Below, piece after piece: positions 22,291 through 36,462 of a stretch of 64,000 nt of DNA. Position numbers and translations under genes: made by a program. The DNA is from Anthoceros angustus (lineage: Eukaryota; Plantae; Anthocerotophyta): the NCBI GenBank assembly GCA_010909165.1, contig MU008161.1:1364001-1428000 (forward strand), given 5' to 3'. Position 1 is the stretch's first letter. Each line of letters begins with the position of its first letter. Below the pieces are notes generated by a model. That model searched no databases, was not told the origin of the DNA, and saw only the letters and a list, made by a program, of their open reading frames with translations.

Positions 22291-24953
22291 CTAATCGGTC
22301 ATTTCGCGCAGTGGCTTTAAGAATTTGTAGCAGGAGTTGACCAATTGTGCGATGGATGTTGATAAGCCTTCACAGTTGCCTCCCGCTTTGTCCGGAATGA
22401 GTAGAAACTCTCTGTCAAAAGGAAATATAAACAAACGAAACTCAGGGGAAATCGAGAAGCTCACAGGACAGACATGATGATCCATGTTTGCACACACCTA
22501 AAGAGTCCAGGAAGATTACTGTGCTGGCTTGTGGACATGAGCAATCGAATGTTTTAGTGCTTCAATCTCGATTTCCTTCTCCAAGTGAGCCCAGGCTTGT
22601 CCCACGCGGGCCACTAGTGCTGGAATACATACATTCAACAGTGTCAATAAGTAAATGTGCCACACTGCAACCCTGACAGCTTCCATCAAGTACAGAGGGA
22701 TTGTGGAATGAAAGGTCATCACTAACCGTGAAATTGGGGATCCAATAGGCAAACCTGTAAGCCATGAGAAGTCTTGAATCAGAAAGTGTAGTCTTTCTCA
22801 AGAAGGTGGATCATCCGACCTACCTTTTGGCGCAGGAGGTGACCTGTAACTGCTTGAATGTGTGTGCACCAAAGAAGCAAGACTTACTGAACCTTCTTGA
22901 AAATTCACAGTACATACAATGATCTGTTCTCGCAGACTGAGGTCGATGCCTTTTGCAGCTGAGGATTTCTCCGTCTCCAGTTTTGTCGACGCTTCTACAA
23001 GTGTACAGTCAGCCAGCATCACAAGGTGTGGCATGTTAAAATACTTACGGTAACCGACAGTACTCTGCACCTCAGCAGAAATGCCACCGATGGTCAGATG
23101 CAAGAACGCTAAACTTCGAGCATGCACATTCGTCAACCAATTATGACGGTCGGTCTAGAATGAGCAACCAGTCTGAAAACCATGCAATTGAAGAAAGCAG
23201 ATAAGCAAATACTAGTAGTTCCTTGTACACAGCAAACATCCTGAATACCATTGCATACCAATCTCCAGACAGTCCTGAAGACATTCCCCCAAACAGATTT
23301 ACCACGAAGAATATGTGGACAACGAAATCCGAGGACAGTAGCATTTCCAGCATCTTCCAGTGAACTTTGAACCGATTGTAGGCAAATTTTCTCCTGCGCA
23401 GCATTTTGGTCCTCCGTCGGGGTGAGGACCTGCGGGAGCACGATAGAAAACCTATCGGGGCTTTCAGGTGGCAGCTGTTTGCCAGTGTCCAGATCTCCTG
23501 GGGCGACAGCTACCAAAGCAGATTTTTGGACAATATCAAGTAATGTCGTCATTCTTGGTGATGCCTTCATTTTTGGAATCCGCTTCCTTTTGGGAGCCGG
23601 CGGCTGTGATACGACAGGAGGGAAAACTTGTGAGGATTCTTGAGAAGGTTGAACCTCCGCCTCGCCAGACAGATGCTCGGGATCGCTGCCAGATGGATCC
23701 TGAAGCCCTTGAGATAATCCAACGGGAGCTGCAATGCAGGATGAGCTACGAGCTCGAGCAATGACAGACGATGGCTTCGGCCCTGACTGAGTTGAACCAG
23801 ATGGGATCGGGGGCATGATCCGGTTGGTTTGAGGTCCCCGAGCCTTAAGAACATCAATATTCCGGCTTCCCGTGGCGATTGTGTCTGCTGGCTGTGAGTC
23901 TTGACTCTGTGCGACAGGCTTCATGAGCATTGCTGAAAATCGGGGTGGCGGTTGAACTGAGAAACTGGCTGCAGGTTGTGCACATAATGCCAGTTGGTGC
24001 ACACCAGAGCCGCCACAAATCTTGCCTGGTGCTGGTAATATTCTCTTTGGAATCGGCTTTGGTGGAATTGAGTTGCCATCATCGATTGTGTTGCTCAAAG
24101 TGTCCACATTGAAATCGGTGCTGCCAGAGCCCCGACCCTTAGGACGTTTCCTCTGCCTTTTAGCTGCTGGCTTCAGCTTGCTCTCCACAACTACCGCCGG
24201 GTTCTCTCCCGGACTGGCTATAGTCTGTAATGGTAAGTTCAGGTCCAATTGCAAGGGAGGTCCGGCAGCTTCTTCACGCGCTTGTCCACCTCGGAAACAT
24301 AGCTGCACCTGAGACGGTGCAGACACCAACGCAAACGGTTCAACTGGGGCCGATTTTCCAGCATGACATGATTCCTGGGAGAGGAGAATTCCACAATATG
24401 TGTCTGTAGGTATCTTATCTCGCAAAGTCTCCACACTGTGTACTTGTGACTCCATGACCGACTGTACCACAGCAGGTTCGGAAGCCTCTTCTCGTGCCTG
24501 TCCACCTTCCAAAACCGACTGCAGCTGACTCACCTGAGGGGATGTAGACAACAATGCAGCTGGTAGCACCGGAGGCGAATCACCAGAATAACACGACTCC
24601 GACTCCTGAGAGAGGAGATCTACAACTGGAGGGATGGCAGCTGGAGAGGACGCTGGCAAGAATCTCTCCGACAACATCTCATCTCCACTGGAGGAGGTAT
24701 TCGCTGGAACAGAAGCAGTCTTCCCTGATGACAATGTTGTCCCACTGGCCGGAGGCAACGCCACCGCACTAGCAGATATGGTGATCAGGGGGATGAACTT
24801 GCCAGCGCGCTGAGGAGTGCGATTGGATGCGATTTGTCCAGGCCGGCCGATGTGCAGCGCTCTGCCAATCGACGGCACCGTCTCCTGCTCCCGAGCGAGC
24901 GAGGCCCTGGGATTGCGCCAGGCAGGGAGCGCTGCCCTTTTCGGTTCCATCAC
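22291..24953 (-). CDS. Unidentified protein: long disordered Ser/Pro/Gln-rich N-terminal exon plus several short 3' exons (exon structure tentative)
   Basis: 606-codon stop-free ORF from ATG 24953 with basic NLS-like motifs (KRQRKRPKGRG, PKRKRIPK). Downstream GT-AG-bounded segments can be joined in frame (…LTNVHARSLAFLHLTIGG…; RFAYWIPNFTVSDDLSFH…). No family recognised. Confidence 0.6.
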
Positions 24954-25255
24954 GACCGACTTCCAAGAATCCCTCGTGAGCGGGGCTCACACAGCAAGTC
25001 GGAAGCTGCTACTCGTCGACAAATAGCAATCTTCGAGCCAGCGAACCTGGTGCACTTGCACAAAACATTTTGTTTGTATCTTCGGGCTTAAAAAGCAGGC
25101 GGGGAGGCCCTTGGCGCGGACGTGGTAAACACATGGGGATGGGCCTCCCTGCCCGGTGTTTAAGCACGCTGAAATATATATCTAGGTTCAGAGAAATGGC
25201 TCCTGCATCACTTTACGCAACCGGCGTTGATGAGGCCTAAAAAGAAGCGGCCGGA

Positions 25256-28200
25256 TCACCTCTTGGTTACTGTTCTATCTGCAACGTCAGAAGATGTTTT
25301 CCTCTCCATCTCATACAACTGGTAGAGCAAAGTACTCTTCCCAAAGTGTGGATCCCTTTCCATGGCAGCAAGAACGTCCTTCATGGTGATGACGCGTTGA
25401 GATCTTCCAGCCTGAGCTGAGGGTCTGCCTCTCGCTGATGCAGATCCTGGGCCCGGCCCTGACATGAACAAAAAACGAAGTGATTTGAACCCAGCTCACA
25501 AACAACAAAGTTGAGAAAGAGGCCCACATCTAGCGATTGAAGGGAGAGAATACCAGGGGGTCTGCCAGTTGTCGTCACAGGTAAAGGGCCTCCTCCATTG
25601 TGCTGTGGTCTGCCTGGCCCAACTCCTTGGCCTGTATGTCCTATCTCTATTCTCCTTTCTTGCTCTTTTGCACCACCAGGGCCGTCAGCTGCAAACCACG
25701 TGTTGCTCAATTGATCTGGTCCTTGGTCAAGCTCGAATTATGCACCATCCTCAGGTTTGAGATCAGGTTGTCTACACACCTGCATCTCCACCTTGCCGCT
25801 TCTGCCGTCCTTGTTCAGCTAGCATCGTCCACTTGCTGAGCATGTCATCAGCACCTATTGCTTGTCTTGCAGCAATGTTGGCTGCATTAGCTCTCATTTT
25901 GTCTTCCTCTTCTTGCTGTGCCTGCCAGTCACAACCAGCCATACCATGTCAGGAGCACCGGAACATACAGTAGCTACAGCTCTTCAAGTTAGAGAGGCCA
26001 TTTTCCTACCTTTTGAGCTTTGGCCCGTAGCTCATCCTTTTCCACATCTGCCAGCGTGCCTTTATCCTTTTTCTGGGCGGGTGAAAAACAGTTTTTTTCA
26101 CAACTGTCAGCAATCGCAACCACTTTCTCACATGCAGAAGAGTACAGAACTTGTCCCAAAGCAAAGTGTGGATTTCAACCAGCATGTTATCAGAATGTAA
26201 GCAGACTACCTCAGTCATCTTCCGCAACCTTTCATTCTCTTCAGCCTGCTTCTTTTCGAGAGCTTCTTTTTCTTTCTTTCTTTTCAAGAGGACATCCCGC
26301 CGTACATCTGCTGTAACCACGAACCTGTGCCTGTCCTTCTCAGAATCACAGCGCTATCAAACCAAAACATTCCGTTACTCATCTTCTTGAGTTTTGCTGA
26401 CTATGGTACAAAGTGGCCTCCCAGTTTGCACTTGGAAAGTGCAAGTAAGCAGCTACCTGCTTGGAGAGCTTGATTATGTTGTACAACATACTACGCATAA
26501 ACTCCTCTGTAGCCTGCCAACAAGCATAGCTGCACAGAATAAGGACACTACATTCTGTTACATACAAAGCTCCTAGAAAGATAAAAAAAAATTGCCACTC
26601 TTGAGTGCAGACCTTTGCTCAAAACAAAACAAAAGTTGGCGCACACAGGAACATCATACCATAGACAAACATTTCTCCATGTCATCACCCACAGACCGAA
26701 AACCCTTGGCCTTACCTGCACGGCCCAGCACAAGTTCAGTTTAGTTTTTGCTCACGAGCATTTCCCACATCCTACACAACCACCAGTTCATACAATTCCC
26801 CCAGCACTCTTTTAGAAGATGGAGAGGTCAGCTTACCTACGTCATATAGTTTTTTGCGCAAAAACCCTCTATCTAGAAACAACCTATCTTCTTCATCTTG
26901 AACAGCTTTCCGGATTGCCTCTGTGGTGCGGCTTTCTTCCCTTGGTCCTGCCAGCAACTGCTCTTCTTCCTCCTGCAAGGAGACAAGAATGCAGGAGGCT
27001 ATTACAGACAGACCAACATTCTCCCCACTCCCAGGCAACAACCACAATCTAAATAACATCTTACCCTGAGGTTTACACCACTCACAGCCGTGACATCGTT
27101 TAACTGATCAATGCTCTGATCAGCATCACCACCCGCGACTTTCTGCTTCTTACTGCAGCCCAACACAAGAAAGGGCTACAGTCATAGACTGCCAGCCAAA
27201 TGCCAAACCTCTTCGGTTCATCCAGAGTAGATGTACATAAATATCCAAAGAACAACAAATTTTTTGACATCAGAGGAGACCACCAACCTTGGTGGCTGGG
27301 ATAGTGAGGGAGTTTCGGCAGCTTTCTTTTGCCCAAGCACTGGCTTCTTCATTGGAGTCTTCCCTGCTAGTGAGCCAGGAAGGGTTGACAATCCAGCTAT
27401 GCTTGAATTTTGCACGAGTCCCTGTCCTTGTACTTGTGCACTTGCAGGTGTCAAGCCACTTGGAATAGGAGTATTGGATTTATTTTGCATGGACAGACTG
27501 GAGCCACCTGATCGATTTGTAAGGACACCAGGAGTCTGTTGCACTCCCTGTACATCCCACACCGGCACCAGTAAATGACAATGAATCTACCGACCCCAAG
27601 CGAGGAAACATTTGACTACTGCCCATCCAGTTCGTGGACCACCTGACCATGAACTAACAAACGGAACATCATACCTGGCTTGGGGGAAATCCAGAGTGTT
27701 GCAAGAAACGTTCTGCATATGAAGTTGTTTCTTGTGAAAACCCACAAGACATGGGTGTTGAAGCAGCAGAGCTGCCAGTCATACGGGCAGTATATCCACC
27801 TGGGGAAGATAACAAAGGCTCTTGCTCATTGCCTTTCAAAGACTCCACTCTATCCAAAGCAGGTGAGTCTGAGACCTGTGGTCTAGATGGATTTTGGGGT
27901 CCACTTTGGCTTGCCAACAAGTCTAGATAACTGGTTGACGGAGGAGGTGTCTTCTTTTGAGACGAATCACTTTGCTGCTCTGCAGGCTCCTGCTTTACAG
28001 TGGATACCACATTCTGTTTCAAAGCAGAGAAGGATTGTTGATGTGAGACAGCAACTGTCTGCTGAGCCTGATTTTGAGATTGGTGCACCGGCTGAGTAGT
28101 TCCTACTGCTGTAACTCCCGTTGTCTGGATAGTTTTGCTGCGCAGCAATTGCTCCTCCTCCTCTCTTCTTTTCTGTTCTTTCCTAAGTTTTGACCTTTGA

Positions 28201-30021
28201 TATTTGCTCAATGGCTTATCAGCTGCACCTGCTGAGCCCTGCGATTGTAGAGACTGGCTGCCAGGCGGTTGCAGAGGTGATACCTTCTGCCCCAGGGCAG
28301 GAGGCTGTTGGGTGCTACCGCTAACCACAGGAGCCGTCAGCGGCAAACGTGTAGCAACAGGAAGTCCTGTTCCCGACTGTTGCTTGAACTGTTTATCTAC
28401 CTCATTTTTCACAGTTTCCAGTATCTGTGACCCCGGGTGTTGCAGCTGACTGGATCCCAGCTGACTCGATCCCGGCAGCTCAACTTGTCTGTTTTGGATG
28501 GTCTGCTGCTGCAAAGAAAGAGGTCCTGGAGATTGCTGAGATTGTGGAGTTTGCGGCTCTGCCTTCACCTGTGGCAATTGCTGCTGTGTTTGCCGAATAA
28601 GTGGCTGGAACCTTTCCTGACAATCTGAGGAAAGAGCCTCAGAAGTCTTGATAGCCTGCTGCAATGGAATAGCTGGCAGTGGGTTACTGTCTTGGTCAGA
28701 CAACAGCTTCATCCTTTCCTGATCTGACTGCAGAAGCTGCGGCTGTTGGTGGGATTGCTGACATATGTCAGACGCTGACTGTGACCCAACAGGTACTTGC
28801 ATCATAGCTTTTTGTTGCTGGCGCATTTGATTGGCATGAAGTTGTTGCTGCATAGTCCAAGAAAGATACAACCATCAGCACTCACACTGGGGAAAGGATG
28901 TACAGCACGCAGTTGCACATGAACACATATTCGACAATTGATTACATTGGTAGCAGCAGGACGTGCCTTGAGCTGCATCTGCCGAATTGTCTGCACTAAC
29001 ATGTTATCCCCTGCAATGGATCGGCATCCTCGAACAAAATCTTCCCGCGTGATCTCGTTTATCTGCACACACCAACACAAAACCCAGCCGTCAATACGTT
29101 GTACGGGAAGGAAAGCCATTAGCATCCCAATCACACAGACCAAATTTGTGTGCACATACTCGTCCCCGATCAGCTCAGGAATTCAAGCACAGAACCCAGA
29201 TGCTGCAGAGGAAGTCCGCAGCTGCTCACTTTAAATCTCTGAAAGAGGGCTTCCAGCTGCTGGCCTTGCTCCTGAGGCAAATGAGGGAGAAGTAAGGGCA
29301 TCAACTGGGAAAACGAGATGCCATAGCTCATGCCAGATGGTTTCTTCTCAGTACCCAGAGCTCCAGTGTTTGCCCCTACTGCTGGCCCCCCATCTGCAAT
29401 ACCATGGGGCCGATGCTGCTGTTGCTGCTGCTGTCGCCTCCGTTTTAACATTTCCTGCTGTTGTTGAAGTGTTAGCTGACTCCACTGCAATGCCGTTGGC
29501 TGTATCCCAACAGCAGGATTGCCCTCCACAGGCTTGCCCTGCGAGGAGGGGCCTGTGCAATCACAGCACAAAACCAGGTCAGCCTACACAAAAACCTCAA
29601 CGACGACGTCGCCAGCTGTGACAGACGCCCCCGCGATTTGCGACACCATGACAACACAACCACCCTCCTTGTGGTCTCACCTTTGTCACCCTTGTCAGGC
29701 GCACCAGAAGAAATGGGCGTGGCCTGAGGTACAGCCTGCGGATTCCCATTCCCCACACGACCAGGCCCATAACCGGCTTCCGCAGCCTCCGCTCCCACAC
29801 TTCCGCCAATGACATCTCTGTTCAGCTCTGCAGCAAAGGCATCTACAGCAGCACCCGATACGGGAAGAGCCGTTTCATCCTGTATCACGAGAACAACTCT
29901 TCCTAAGTATGCCATGCATTTGCGCACAATCTCCGCAGAGCCTGAGAGCCGCTGACTGCGGCACGAAACCCTAAAAAAGTACCTCATCATCTTCAAGAAG
30001 TTTGATAAGTCCAGGATCCAT
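25256..30021 (-). CDS. TAF4: Transcription initiation factor TFIID subunit 4 (plant TAF4/TAF4b-like), multi-exon
   Basis: Start [13 protein letters not shown]|[25 protein letters not shown] domain [14 protein letters not shown]...FQRFK|[22 protein letters not shown]. Long Q-rich exon. Histone-fold region ([17 protein letters not shown]). C-terminus [29 protein letters not shown]. Confidence 0.93.
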
Positions 30022-30499
30022 AAGCCTCCGGCGGCCAGTGTGCTCCTCAAGCTCGCAACCGTGCCCCACAATATTCTACGCGAATCATCCTGCTGCTCCG
30101 GCTGCATGAGAATTGCGCCGGCGCCCAAATGGACCGCGATACCCTGCTACGCATGGCATTTATTTGAGCACCCGCGAAGCGAATTGGCAGGCACGACTCA
30201 CTCTGCAGGTGATAGGGAGAGGAAGGGGCCTCAATTCCCGGACCAGGCGCGTCGCCAGTCTCCCATGTACTTATAAGGAGACTGGCGACAAGCCAAAGCC
30301 CTAATGAAAGGACACTCCATTTTTCATAAAACCTTCGGCTCCCGTACATCATATAAGAGGCACCATAAAGTGTATGTTTCATGGAGGAAAAAAAACGGAG
30401 AAAACCCATCCAGCACGGTAGGACGAAGATGGACCCGGGGGTCAAGGAGAAAAGGAGCGACTAAGCTCCTTTAAAAGTTATCTATTGGTCTGTATAGGA

Positions 30500-31450
30500 A
30501 GAATAGTGTGCAAACTAGAGAGGAAGAGGAAGAAGCATCACCTGCTGGAGCCATCATAAAGTACACTAGATAAGATCACAATGAGAGAACCCTACAGAGC
30601 CTTTACGAGCTTAATTTATCCAGTTCCTCGGCTATTGCCTTTTTGAACTTGATAGCACCCTCGCAAGATATCTAATTATCCTGTCGATCCTTCTCGGAGG
30701 TGGAGCTTTGGTATCACTCTATATGTCCAACTTGAAAGTGGATATGATCGGTGGTTTGTGATCTGATTCCAAGATGCTTGTTCCTAGGAAAAGAGATGTT
30801 GTAATAGTCTAAAGATCCTCTTTTCAAATACAAAGAGAGTCAATTATTCTAGTGCTATGTGTAGGTGCAAGGGACAGTCTCGTTCTTCATGGCGTGCATG
30901 ACTTCAAAAAATGTATCAATCCAAGACTTGGAGAATTGTGGTAAGCCATTGCATATCAACATGTCACAGGTTTGAAGTGTGGCTAGCAAGTGAATGTAGA
31001 GCCCGCTTGATTTCCTGTCCTCAGAGTTCCTTGTGATCTGATGGATGAGATCTTCATCTCTTCGATAGTATGCTTCTCGTCTTCCTAACCTCGAGTTACT
31101 ATCCAGGAGGAGAGTAGTCCGACCTATTTCCTTGCATTTCAGAACTTTGGTTGCAATTTGTTGAAATATTAGATTATCGCTCATATGTTTCCGTATACCT
31201 TGTTCCTTAGAGGTGGAATGTAAGTGAAGATCAGGTGGAATGATTCATGTTCCCCTTGTACTTTGATGGTGATACAATGTTCCTGCTTATTGATGAGAAA
31301 TGTAGTCTTGCTGGTTTTATCACTTATGTAGACTCCGATCCCTCTTGAGAGTCCCTTTCCTCCTTGCATGGCCGGGATGTTGTATTAAGTGACGTCCTTT
31401 GGTGTTTTGACTACTTCTTTTGGTTGTGTGCTAGTTTTGAGAATTGCAAA
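30500..31450 (-). mobile_element. Degenerate APE-endonuclease LINE fragment
   Basis: Frameshifted GGKGLSRGIGVYIS...FHLIFTYIPP...TTLLLDSNSRLG...MLICNG...SWID resembles an apurinic-endonuclease domain. Many stops. Confidence 0.7.
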
Positions 31451-32144
31451 TATGTTCGCTTTTGGGTAGAGTTGAATAATGTCCTTTATTTTGATGAGGC
31501 TGTAGTGTTTAATATTCTAGCAAAGTACCATTGAACCTAAATAATAATTTACAATACTGTTGGCTATTCAATCAAACGACGGTATAAACAAAATCTGTAT
31601 GTTATCATTTGTTCCCTATGTGAGAGACTCTTTCATTCCGGTAGATGGGTTGAAATTTGATTCGCATCAATTTCCAATGTGATTGATTGATCAATTTCAT
31701 TTGATTGATTGATTAATCTCATTGATTGTCAATTACCAATATGATTTGTCAATTAAATTTATGTCAATCTTATCCTAGCCAAAGCTCTAATAAAGGATGT
31801 TTCATTATCTACAAAACCTTTAGCTCCTTGGCTGTCCAATCAAGTTACGGTATAAATAAGATATAAAATATAAATATTATGATATAACTAAAATATGAAA
31901 TATAAATATTTTTTAATATACGAGAAACTCTTTAGTAGTTCCACGGTGGGGTTGGAGTTACCACTTAACCCCATAATCATTAATAATAGGGGTAGGCTGT
32001 ACAAAAGGGTTTTTTTTTCAATTTTGTACTATATTCTAATTATAAGACACTTGTTTATATAGTCACAAGCTAGAAATTGGACACTTGTTTATACAGTCAC
32101 AAGCTAGAAACTCGGGCAGTCACAAAGGAAGCCACAACCTTGGG

Positions 32145-33330
32145 CGGTTGTTTGTTCCGATGGGATTCTGCTGATCGCTTCTTCTAGGACACATTCTGTA
32201 GGACGTAGTGGAGGTGGGTGTCATGAAATGCTGGTCCTTGACAGAACAATTTCTTATTCTGCAGATGTGATCGGTGTGGTCCAAGACGTAAGCAAGACGG
32301 TAACCATCCGCCGGAAAAGTAACAAAGGAGATTCCCAAACGTGACATCACTATTGCTGATCAGAGGTGAGAAGATGTGATGGCCTCTTTTCTTCTCATGC
32401 TAGTTTTGCGGGTATCCTGTCTTTGTCATGTCGGAGTAATCTAGCGTATGTGGTTAGTTTCTGATCTTGGAATTTGCAGCCACAAGACTGTGGTTGTAAG
32501 CCTGTAGAATGACTTCGCAACGAAGCAGGGAGCCGAGCTGCTGGAGCTGTCAAAACAACATGAGATCTGTATTGGCTTTCAAGGGTTTCCGTGCAAGTGA
32601 CTATCAAGGTAAAGCACCTTGCAAAAATCCGTTCTGTCTGTTACGAGATGCTTATGCTTACACCGTCCTTAATTATCCATGCTAAGGTTCTTCTCCTGAC
32701 TCATGTTGACAGGAGTCTTGCTGTCCACGACTGTAAGTAGCATAGTGGCATGAAACCATGTACTTCCTGCAGCCCGCGTACTCCAATGTGAAGGGCTACG
32801 TCAGCTTTACGAAGCCAGAGCCTGCAGGCACTGGTACCTTGCCTGCATCAAGTGCAACCGAAAGGTAGCCGAAGAACACAGCTCTCAGCACTGGTGTGAA
32901 GGCTTCCAGAAGCAGTCTAAAACTTGCAACCGCAGGTAGTTCCCGCCATGATTACGATTCCTTCCTTCTACAGATCCTGCTGCTGAACAATTAACCTGAT
33001 GTATCTGTGTGACCTGCACATCTTATTAGCTATGAGGACAGATCGCAGATTCTCCAGAAATCTGCAGACACTCTTGCTGAGTGGAGAGCGGTGAGTTGAT
33101 TGTTCTCTTTTGCCCTGAGCTTCTGGGCAGCAAGGCCCACTTTCAGAAGAGACGTTTCCGAATGGACTCTTGGGCAGACTGCGGAAGGACTTGTCGCCAC
33201 CCACTGAGTACATGAACGAGAAGTGTCGAAGGTCATTGTCCGCTCCGTCAGCCCAGTTGATAGGTCTGGTGAATGCAAATTTCTGCTAGAGCATATAGCT
33301 CGCTTGAAGGGCGTTTCCACGTAGAATTCC
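32145..33330 (+). pseudogene. RPA1B: Degenerate 5'-truncated RPA1B duplicate
   Basis: Nucleotide homology to 18845-20530 including introns. It lacks the first three exons, has a ~350-bp internal deletion (…GTAGCATAGTGGCA joined to …CCATGTACTTCC) and carries frameshifts. Confidence 0.92.
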
Positions 33331-34115
33331 AAGTGCCCACAATTCAGAGCTTCGTAAATTTATCGGAGGTAGTCTAGAGTTTTAGAAAGGAGGAAGGGAA
33401 ATCTCATTCTGGTTTTGCCCATCCACTGTGGCGATGCGAAATTACAAACCCACTGTCCTGTAAAAATCCCATGTTACTTTTGGCCGGCTCAAGGGCAAGG
33501 GCAATGCCAAGGAGTCAACAGCCCATAATTGACATCAATGCAGCGCAATATGGTGCGGAATTACGAGGATCAAGATCGGCTTTTGACGGCGTCACTGCTA
33601 ATGTCTGCGGAAGAAGCTAAGCACGGCTCACAGGCAAATGGCTCTTGAGGCGTAAGGAGAGTCAAGTAAGGAATTTGCAGACTTCCCAGCTGAAGAAGGC
33701 TGTCGGAAAGTGAAGGATGAAGGTCACTGGGAGATGGATAATTCTTGAGGTCTGGATTAGATCAGGCAGCATCCCAGACTTGTTCTGTGACTGCCTCGGC
33801 AACCAATTCACGGTCGGGTAGTCTGATTGGGTTTCTAGGTTTGCGGAACCTGGAGGAGGAAGAGCAGAGGCTGCCTGGGGGATTTTGGCAGTCCAGTTTC
33901 CTCGGCAAGTGTCAGGAAGCTCAATTGCAGCAGCAGCACCGCATTAGGTCAGGCGCGAAAGACCAGTTCTAGAGATTGATGTTCGAGATTGAAGACAATT
34001 CTTGCAGTAGGGAAGATTGCAGACCCCTCCCAGTGACAATCCTGTTCTCTGCGAACACCGTGTCGTCGGAATGTTGGCAAGGTTGTGAAGGTAATTCCCG
34101 AGCAAAGTCTGTGAG
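33330..34115. repeat. Duplicated RPA1B 3' flank (segmental duplication with 20530-21635)
   Basis: Clear homology to 20530-21635, but with only a single copy of the 374-bp unit. Confidence 0.88.
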
Positions 34116-34251
34116 GATGGTGGATTCTTGTTGTCTGTGACGTGAAGTGGTGCATTCTTTACACGTGCCTGTCAGGTCATGATTAGACACAGTAGGCCTC
34201 CTGACTTGTCCTCTGGGGAGCCTACTTGTCTTTGGTTGAGCGAAGAACTCT

Positions 34252-36259
34252 ATGGACTCCCCGATTCTTGGACGGGACTTACTGATTGCAGCCACAGCAG
34301 CAGTGTTTGGAGGTTCTGTAGTTGCAGCTGCAATTGCAGCTGCCGCAGCCATGGCATCTGCCAGGTCCTACTGCCGGCATGACATGTGCAAGAGGTGTAA
34401 TGCTGACTCTCCTCGGTCAACCTGGTCTCACCAGCCTTCGACGTTCTCATGGGTTAGGAACCTGCTCGAGCGTGTTCCTTGGAACGTGGTCAGTTAGCTT
34501 CTTTCTTGCATCTTTCAGTATGGTAGTTGAAGACGTCGAGCTAGGCAGTTAGATTAGTGTAAACGCTTTGGTTTCTGTTTTTTCTGATGCAGCAATTTGT
34601 TCTACTTGCATCCAACACTTCATTTATCTTACTGCCAACAGAGCGCTGATCCATGCCAACTGGCTGTCGATGAACAGCGAAAAAACCCATTGTACACCAA
34701 GTGTAGTAGCAAGGAAAGCAGCATTGCGGATCATGACTCGTGTGCTCCAGGGGACGAGCCCTTTCCATCGCAGAGAACTAGATCAATTAGAGTCAATAGA
34801 AGTGATTCTTATCGTGACATGGTCTTCAGTGACCAGGAGACACAGGAATGCTTGCAGAGCGTAGATGAGAAAATAGGTACTCAGTCGCTGCAACAATCCC
34901 CAGTTGTTGCAAAGCCGGATCCTCTTAACCCAGCCAAACGAGAAGGGTGAGTGTGAAGTCTCCTTTGGAAGTTCGTTTAAGGCAATGCATGTCGGGTTTA
35001 TTGTGTTTGACTCTCCTGTGTCTTTTGCAGATATTTATCTTGGGACGACTACTTCATGTCCATTGCATTCCTGTCGGCCTTACGCTCCAAGGACCCAAAT
35101 CGACAGGCATGTGTAGTCAACCAGCTTGTAGTGAGATAAAGATTTCCTTGTTGGAAATGTCTGTTCCATCAGAACTAACCTAACGGCACAGTTTGTGGCA
35201 GGTTGGAGCCTGCCTAGTTAGTCAGGACCAAGTCATTCTTGGTAAGTTGCAAAGTCAGCATGGGTGAGAATATAAAGTTTTGCACAAGCTTGTAACACAG
35301 CTGAACTTTTGCTGAACTGCATGTTTCAGGTATAGGATACAACGGTTTTCCAAGAGGTTGTTCAGATGATGAGCTTCCGTGGGCAAAGGTAGACTCTCCG
35401 CTTCTGAGATCGTGATAGACAGGAAAGTTCGGTGTGGTGGCAGCTGTGAGCTGTCAAGTAGTTTCTCTTAGTTGCTGCTGTGCGTCTCCGTGTAGATTTC
35501 GCTAACTGGAGATCCCTTGGAGACAAAGCACCCGTAAGTCTACTCAACTGGCTACATTTTCTTGTCCTGTTAAGATCTTTGGCCTTCCTTTCCTGCCTTC
35601 TTCACGCCCTGTATCTGCAAATCGTTGCAGACTGAGTGGCTTGTCTTTTGGTCGTGACTCTGGCAGGTACGTTTGTCATGCTGAGGTTAATGCGATTCTT
35701 AACAAAAACCATGCTTCAGCAAATGGTCAGGTGATTGCTCAGCCACCCGTCCACCACTGCCTGATGGTTCTCCTAATCAATGTCATTTGCCTTCGGGTCA
35801 GGCATCTCAACTTCTACCTCACTTTGGATTTGCCTGTCTACAGAAGCTCTACGTGACCATGTTCCCATGCAACGAGTGTGCAAAAATCATAATCCAGGTG
35901 CCATGAGTTTTTCTGGTGATTCTCGTCCGCGTCAGCCACATGGTTTCTGACTGGTGCAAGCAGTCTAAGCTGTTTGATGTTTTCAGGCGGGGATCAGTGA
36001 AGTCATCTACTTCACTTACCGTGGAACCCATCACAGTGAGAGCAAGACTGCCCAGGACAAACTGTACGCTGCCTCTCACAAAATGTTCGGCATGGCCAAG
36101 ATCAAGGTAAAGCTCTAGTCTGCTATGACCAGCTTTTTTGGTAGTACGAAGACCTTTCAGACTTGCACATCGTATTCCACAGCTCATTCTCCGAATTAAC
36201 GTGTTCAGGTTCGGCAACACCAACCCAAAACGCAAAGACTTGTGCTTGAATTCAAGTAG
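34252..36259 (+). CDS. DCTD: dCMP deaminase (cytidine/deoxycytidylate deaminase family), multi-exon
   Basis: [25 protein letters not shown]|[14 protein letters not shown]|[19 protein letters not shown]; [12 protein letters not shown] (HAE motif); [14 protein letters not shown] (PCxxC). Hydrophobic N-terminus. Stop TAG at 36257-36259. Confidence 0.95.
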
Positions 36260-36462
36260 GGGGAAAATTCAGGGAGTTGTACAATCAAAAAGAGTGCAAA
36301 TGGTTGAATTCAATGGTACAGCGTGAGGAACCATTTATGGTTCACTGACAGCAACCGCAGGTGCCCACGTCACCTCTGTAGGCAATGCACGAAGGCCTTT
36401 GCGGTCCTGGTGCAGGATTAGGATGGCTGTAAGATTTGTAAGCTTGTCAAATGGATTCTGGG

